In this document: piece after piece, positions 59,616-64,000 of the stretch
Position numbering within the stretch: position 1 is the first letter of the stretch
Layout of the letters: the number at the start of each line of letters is the position of its first letter
Assembly: GCA_964595645.1 (NCBI GenBank)
Contig: CAZQQT010000001.1
Location: 128,001-192,000 of the forward strand
Length of the DNA stretch: 64,000 nucleotides
Reading direction: 5' to 3'
Origin: an uncultured Thermococci archaeon
Lineage (GTDB): Archaea > Methanobacteriota_B > Thermococci > Methanofastidiosales > B48-G16
The notes under the pieces: model-generated
Told to the model about the DNA's origin: nothing
Seen by the model: only the letters and a program-made list of their open reading frames with translations
Database searches by the model: none
Translations under genes and position numbers: made by a program

Positions 59616-60272
59616 ATGGTCACGAATGAAAATATATCGACAGTATTGAAGACGCTCCATGAGTATCTGATGCAGTTCGAGGATCCGATCGTCACCGAGG
59701 TATCCCGAAAGCGGGATCCTTTTAAGGTACTCATCAGTACGGTGTTGAGCGCACGGACAAAGGACGAGGTAACACGAGAGGCATTTAACCAGCTCATAGA
59801 GAAGGCAGAAACGCCCGAAGAGATCTTAAAACTGGACAACATCGAGGAACTGATATATCCTGTGGGATTCTACAAGACGAAGGCGAAAAACTTAAAGATT
59901 CTCTCCAGACAGTTGCTCGAGGATTTTGATGGTGAGGTACCGGACACATTGGACGATTTGTTAACACTCCGGGGAGTGGGAAGGAAAACAGCGAATCTTG
60001 TACTGGTGTTAGCATTTGACAAGTATGGGGTCTGTGTAGATACCCATGTACACAGGATCAGCAACAGGTGGGGGTACGTGGACACGAAGACCCCGAAACA
60101 AACAGAGTTTGCCTTGAGAGAGAAACTTCCTAAAAAACACTGGAAGGAGTACAACGATCTTCTCGTTACCTTCGGCCAGAATGTCTGCAGACCGATAAAT
60201 CCACAATGCGAGCAATGTCCCATTACGCAGTACTGTCAACACTATCAAGAAAAGAAAAAAGAAAAAGATTAA
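59616..60272 (+). CDS. nth: Endonuclease III
   Basis: HhH LRGVGRKTAN, VDTHV.R, C-x6-C-x2-C-x5-C. Confidence 0.93.
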   Translation: MVTNENISTVLKTLHEYLMQFEDPIVTEVSRKRDPFKVLISTVLSARTKDEVTREAFNQLIEKAETPEEILKLDNIEELIYPVGFYKTKAKNLKILSRQLLEDFDGEVPDTLDDLLTLRGVGRKTANLVLVLAFDKYGVCVDTHVHRISNRWGYVDTKTPKQTEFALREKLPKKHWKEYNDLLVTFGQNVCRPINPQCEQCPITQYCQHYQEKKKEKD

Positions 60273-62416
60273 GCGTGTTGGTACATGTACTTTGCCGTTT
60301 CGTACGGTTTCGATTTGATGGTCATCCGTGCGTCCACCACAATGGCACCTTCTCCTTCATCCAGCACCATCAGTGGGTTGATGTCCATCTCTACGATTTC
60401 AGGAAACTCGTGGCTGAGATGGGAGATACGTGAGATCGTCTCAGCGATTGAGTCAATATCTTTTTTTCCTTCTCCCCTCACGCCGTAAAGAATTTCGTAA
60501 GATTTTATGTCGTGTATCATCTCCAGAGCATCCTTTTTCGTGATTGGTGCCACTCGAAACGCTACATCCTTCAGTACCTCCACGTGGATCCCTCCGAGCC
60601 CAAACATGACGACGGGTCCAAACTGTGGATCCTCAGAGCCTCCAACGATAGTTTCAACACCCTGTTCTACCATTTCGTTCACGAGAATACCCTTTATCCT
60701 CGCTCCTGGATGTTTTTCCTTTGCGTTGTTCATTATCTCGTTATACGCCTTTTTCAGCTCCTCTTCGTCCTTTATGCCCACCTTCACGCCGCCGATATCG
60801 CTCTTGTGAATGATATCTTCAGAGACGATCTTGAGTACCACGGGGTAGCCTGTCTCCTTTGCAGCCTCGACAGCCTCATCTACTGTTGTCGTCAGTTTGT
60901 ATTTTGGGAGATGCAGTCCACAGGCCTTCAGTATATCCTTTGCTTCGTGTTCCAGGAGCTGTGTCCTTCCATCCTCTCGTGCATTACGAATTATCGAATT
61001 TATTCTCTTCTTGTCTATTTCTACCGTAGTTTTCTTTTTCTTTTCTTCCTTTGTGTAGTTCCACCAGTCATACAGTGCCCCCAGCGAGTTTACAGCCCTC
61101 TCAGGTTGAGGGTAGGCGGGGATTTGATGTTTGTTAAGAATATCTAGAGCATTTTTGCTTTCCTCTCCACCAATAAAGTTGAAGACTATTGGTTTTTTTT
61201 CGTCGTCAGAGAGAGTCTCCACGTATTCCACAACTCTTTTTGAGAACTCCACGGTGTCGAAGGCAGCTGTTTCGCAGTTGAGTACGATTAACGACGAAAT
61301 TTTACCCGATTCCAGCGCTGTTTTAAAGGCGTTGAAATACTCCTCTACAGTTACCTGCCCCGTGAGATCAATGGGGTTTTTTGTGGAGCCAAAGGTGGGC
61401 ATGTATGGCCTGAATGTTTCTTCGAGGAACTCTTGGTCATCCAGCAGCGGAATTCCCTCTTTTTCACAGGAGTCTGTAGCCAGTACACCGACGCCCCCCC
61501 CGTTGGTGAGGATTACAACCTCTTCACCATCCGGTTTTGGGAGAGAAAACATTCGTGCCCAGTCAAATGCTTTTTCCATGGTATCGGCGCGGAGAATACC
61601 ACTCTGCTTAAATGCTGCCGAGTACACCTGGTCACTTCCTGCAAGGCTGCCTGTATGGGATGCGGCTGCCTTGGCACCCCTCTCACTTCTTCCCGATTTG
61701 ATAATCACGATGGGTTTTTTCTTTGAAACCTTCTCTGCCGTTTCAAGGAACTTCCGCCCTTCCTTCACCCCCTCCATATAGACAACAACGCCACGGGTAT
61801 TTTTGTCCTCAGAAAAATATTTGAGGAGATCATCATCATCGATATCTGCTTTATTCCCAACACTGACAACAGCGGAAAGTCCGATGTGTTCCAGCACAGT
61901 CCATCCGATGAGTGCACCGCCCAGCGCTCCACTTTGAGTAATACAGGCGACATCTCCAGGCATTACTTCTCGAGGGCCGAACGTCGCGTTGAGCTTGGAT
62001 GGCGTATAAATTACACCGAAGATATTCGGTCCAAGCAGTGCAATATTGTACCTTTCTGCGAGAGTAGTGAGCATCTCCTCCTCTTTCTCATTTCCCACCT
62101 CAGAGAATCCGGATGTAATAACTGCCGCGGCTTTTACTCCTTTTTTTCCACACTCTTTGAGTACTTTAGCTACAAACTTGGCCGGCACGACAATCACAGC
62201 AAGATCAATATCCTCTTTTACATCTAACACAGAGTTATACGCCTTTTTTCCCATTATTTCGTCTCTTTTAATGTTTATTGGATAAATTTTTCCTTCGTAT
62301 CCGTACTCGAGAATGTTTTCCATGATTTCGTACCCTATTTTTCCCTTCGTAGCAGATGCGCCGATCACAGCGATGCTTTTAGGAGTGAACAGGTACTGCA
62401 CGTTCTCTTCCGACAT
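60269..62416 (-). CDS. ADP-forming acetate/acyl-CoA ligase, fused alpha-beta
   Basis: AVIGAS, GPN, QSGA, AASHTGSLAG, NPIDL, HKSD.GGV, FGPVVMFGLGG, DINP. Confidence 0.92.
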   Translation of the reverse strand: MSEENVQYLFTPKSIAVIGASATKGKIGYEIMENILEYGYEGKIYPINIKRDEIMGKKAYNSVLDVKEDIDLAVIVVPAKFVAKVLKECGKKGVKAAAVITSGFSEVGNEKEEEMLTTLAERYNIALLGPNIFGVIYTPSKLNATFGPREVMPGDVACITQSGALGGALIGWTVLEHIGLSAVVSVGNKADIDDDDLLKYFSEDKNTRGVVVYMEGVKEGRKFLETAEKVSKKKPIVIIKSGRSERGAKAAASHTGSLAGSDQVYSAAFKQSGILRADTMEKAFDWARMFSLPKPDGEEVVILTNGGGVGVLATDSCEKEGIPLLDDQEFLEETFRPYMPTFGSTKNPIDLTGQVTVEEYFNAFKTALESGKISSLIVLNCETAAFDTVEFSKRVVEYVETLSDDEKKPIVFNFIGGEESKNALDILNKHQIPAYPQPERAVNSLGALYDWWNYTKEEKKKKTTVEIDKKRINSIIRNAREDGRTQLLEHEAKDILKACGLHLPKYKLTTTVDEAVEAAKETGYPVVLKIVSEDIIHKSDIGGVKVGIKDEEELKKAYNEIMNNAKEKHPGARIKGILVNEMVEQGVETIVGGSEDPQFGPVVMFGLGGIHVEVLKDVAFRVAPITKKDALEMIHDIKSYEILYGVRGEGKKDIDSIAETISRISHLSHEFPEIVEMDINPLMVLDEGEGAIVVDARMTIKSKPYETAKYMYQHA

Positions 62417-62878
62417 TTATTCCACCAATCTTATACCATGTATGTGTTTGCACATTTCAGTGAGAAAGGAGATATCAATAGAACCGGGATTTGATCGCAA
62501 TCCTTCAATCGTTTTTATCTTCTCATTGATAAATTTTCCAATGGTTTTCTCATCTTCCCCGATGAGCTCTACAACAATATCATGATCCCCAGCGGTAACA
62601 CCCACCATCTGAACTTTGTTGTATTTCGCGATCTTTTTTGCCACCTCGTTTATTTTTCCCGGATCAACGCTGAGTCCCAGAATAGCAAAGGAGCTGTATC
62701 CTAGCTTTTCATAGTTGATCACAGTTGAAAATCGTTCTATGATATCTTTTTTAATCATTTTTTTGATTCGAGAGTGAACTGTTGTTGTGCCGATTCCAAC
62801 CTTATCAGCTATTTTGTGGTACGGCATCTTTGCGTCCTCACGTAGAAGATCGAGGATCTTTCTATCTATCTTGTCCAT
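62417..62878 (-). CDS. Lrp/AsnC transcriptional regulator
   Basis: DKIDRKIL.LL..DA, HTH, G.HD. Confidence 0.9.
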   Translation of the reverse strand: MDKIDRKILDLLREDAKMPYHKIADKVGIGTTTVHSRIKKMIKKDIIERFSTVINYEKLGYSSFAILGLSVDPGKINEVAKKIAKYNKVQMVGVTAGDHDIVVELIGEDEKTIGKFINEKIKTIEGLRSNPGSIDISFLTEMCKHIHGIRLVE

Positions 62879-63115
62879 ATGGATCACCATATTAAATTAA
62901 ATTCTTCCCTTTATAAATTTTCCGAAAAAATATTCACCACAGGCCCCTTGATGACCATACCCTAAAGTAATATTTAGAATTTAGTATTGAAATGTCTATA
63001 AGACGGATCCGAAAATCTTTTAAATCAATGACCACAATGTTCTATAATGATGGAAAAAAATTTTGCAATATTAAAAAATGGAAGATTATTATTCTCATAA
63101 CTTTAAAGGTGTAAC

Positions 63116-63760
63116 ATGAAAACAAATGAGACTTCAGAAAACATCAAAAAAATCCGTTCCGAACCAAAAGGAAAATTTGAAAATTATACGTTTTCTATAG
63201 GAGAAACGATACATGTGGTACAGCGAGCATCGCCAGAAGACATACGCTCATTAAAAATGAATGAGGGCATGGGAAACTTTTTTGAAAACTTTGAAAATCC
63301 CCCAAAAGAAACAAAAAAGATGCTTAGCAGTCTTGCAAAGGAAAATATTGTATGTATCGCGTATAACAAAAACGATGAGATAATAGGCTATCTCTCTGTG
63401 GTAAGCCCGGATGATGATCGATTCGATCTTGAAAATGTTTATCAAATAGGTGCTATAGAAGTGAGCAAAAAGTATAGAAAGAAAGGAGTTGCTATGGAGC
63501 TCATGGACCTATTCAAAAGTGAATTTTTTGACAATAAAATTGTCTACACCTTTTGCTACTCGTGGCACTGGGACACACCGAAGAACAATAAAAAAACATA
63601 TAGAAAAAAACTCTTAAGTCTTTTACATTCCCAAAATTTCTCAGAAAAGCCTATAAATGATATCAATATAAAAATGGATGAATACAACATTTTTGCGGTG
63701 AGATATGGAGAAAAAACAGATCCAGAATTGATAGAAGAATTCAAAAAGAAACTTATTTAA
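63116..63760 (+). CDS. AcuA-like GNAT protein acetyltransferase
   Basis: IIGY, GAIEVS..YR..GVA, YSWHWD, YR..L. Confidence 0.75.
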   Translation: MKTNETSENIKKIRSEPKGKFENYTFSIGETIHVVQRASPEDIRSLKMNEGMGNFFENFENPPKETKKMLSSLAKENIVCIAYNKNDEIIGYLSVVSPDDDRFDLENVYQIGAIEVSKKYRKKGVAMELMDLFKSEFFDNKIVYTFCYSWHWDTPKNNKKTYRKKLLSLLHSQNFSEKPINDINIKMDEYNIFAVRYGEKTDPELIEEFKKKLI

Positions 63761-63799
63761 GTATCTCCCTTTGAATATTGCATATATGGGTGAATTGCA

Positions 63800-63999
63800 A
63801 TGAGCTGGAAAGAAAAGTATAGCGATAAAGTAATGCCTGTAAAAGAGGCGTTGGATGCAATAGAGAATGGAGATCGAGTGTTTATTGGTGGAGGTGCAGC
63901 TCAGCCCAAGACTCTTGTAGAGGGAATGTTGGAACGAGGAAAACAGCTGATGGATACGGAAATTATTCACACGCTCACCCTTGGTGTCACCCCATATAC
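63800..63999 (+). CDS. Acetyl-CoA hydrolase/CoA-transferase N-terminus; 3'-truncated by window edge
   Basis: Not in ORF track: MSWKEKYSDKVMPVKEALDAIENGDRVFIGGGAAQPKTLV...IIHTLTLG; GGTGA RBS. Confidence 0.75.
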   Translation, partial: MSWKEKYSDKVMPVKEALDAIENGDRVFIGGGAAQPKTLVEGMLERGKQLMDTEIIHTLTLGVTPY

Positions 64000-64000
64000 T

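Overview
Archaeal chromosomal window. The evidence is class I LysRS, an A-type ATP synthase, SerK, LonB, a C1-G72 tRNA-Tyr and GGTGA-type ribosome-binding sites. The secF-secD-trkA-atp gene order and the gene set suggest a Thermococci-related euryarchaeon such as Theionarchaea or Methanofastidiosales; that assignment is inference only. The window holds about 70 CDSs and three tRNAs (Glu-CTC, Arg-TCG, Tyr-GTA). I found no CRISPR array, rRNA or transposase. The standout is the A1AO ATP synthase rotor gene (13465-16365), a 966-aa single chain of 12 fused c hairpins built from a 243-bp tandem repeat. Its residue pattern predicts 11 Na+ sites plus one ion-blind seam, and two synonymous alleles interleave as ABABABBBA. 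The atp operon stops after atpA, with no atpB or atpD in the window. Other signals: a vapBC module bracketed by a 54-bp perfect direct repeat of a host gene's 3' end; a 29/30-bp inverted copy of hutU sequence in the tail of an alkD-like gene; several single-lesion pseudogenes confined to accessory genes; a SerK/GT-C membrane protein/nucleotidyltransferase operon; an AcuA-like acetyltransferase beside an ADP-forming acyl-CoA synthetase and a CoA transferase; and two degenerate histidine-kinase-like membrane proteins. All family calls come from motif recognition, not database searches.
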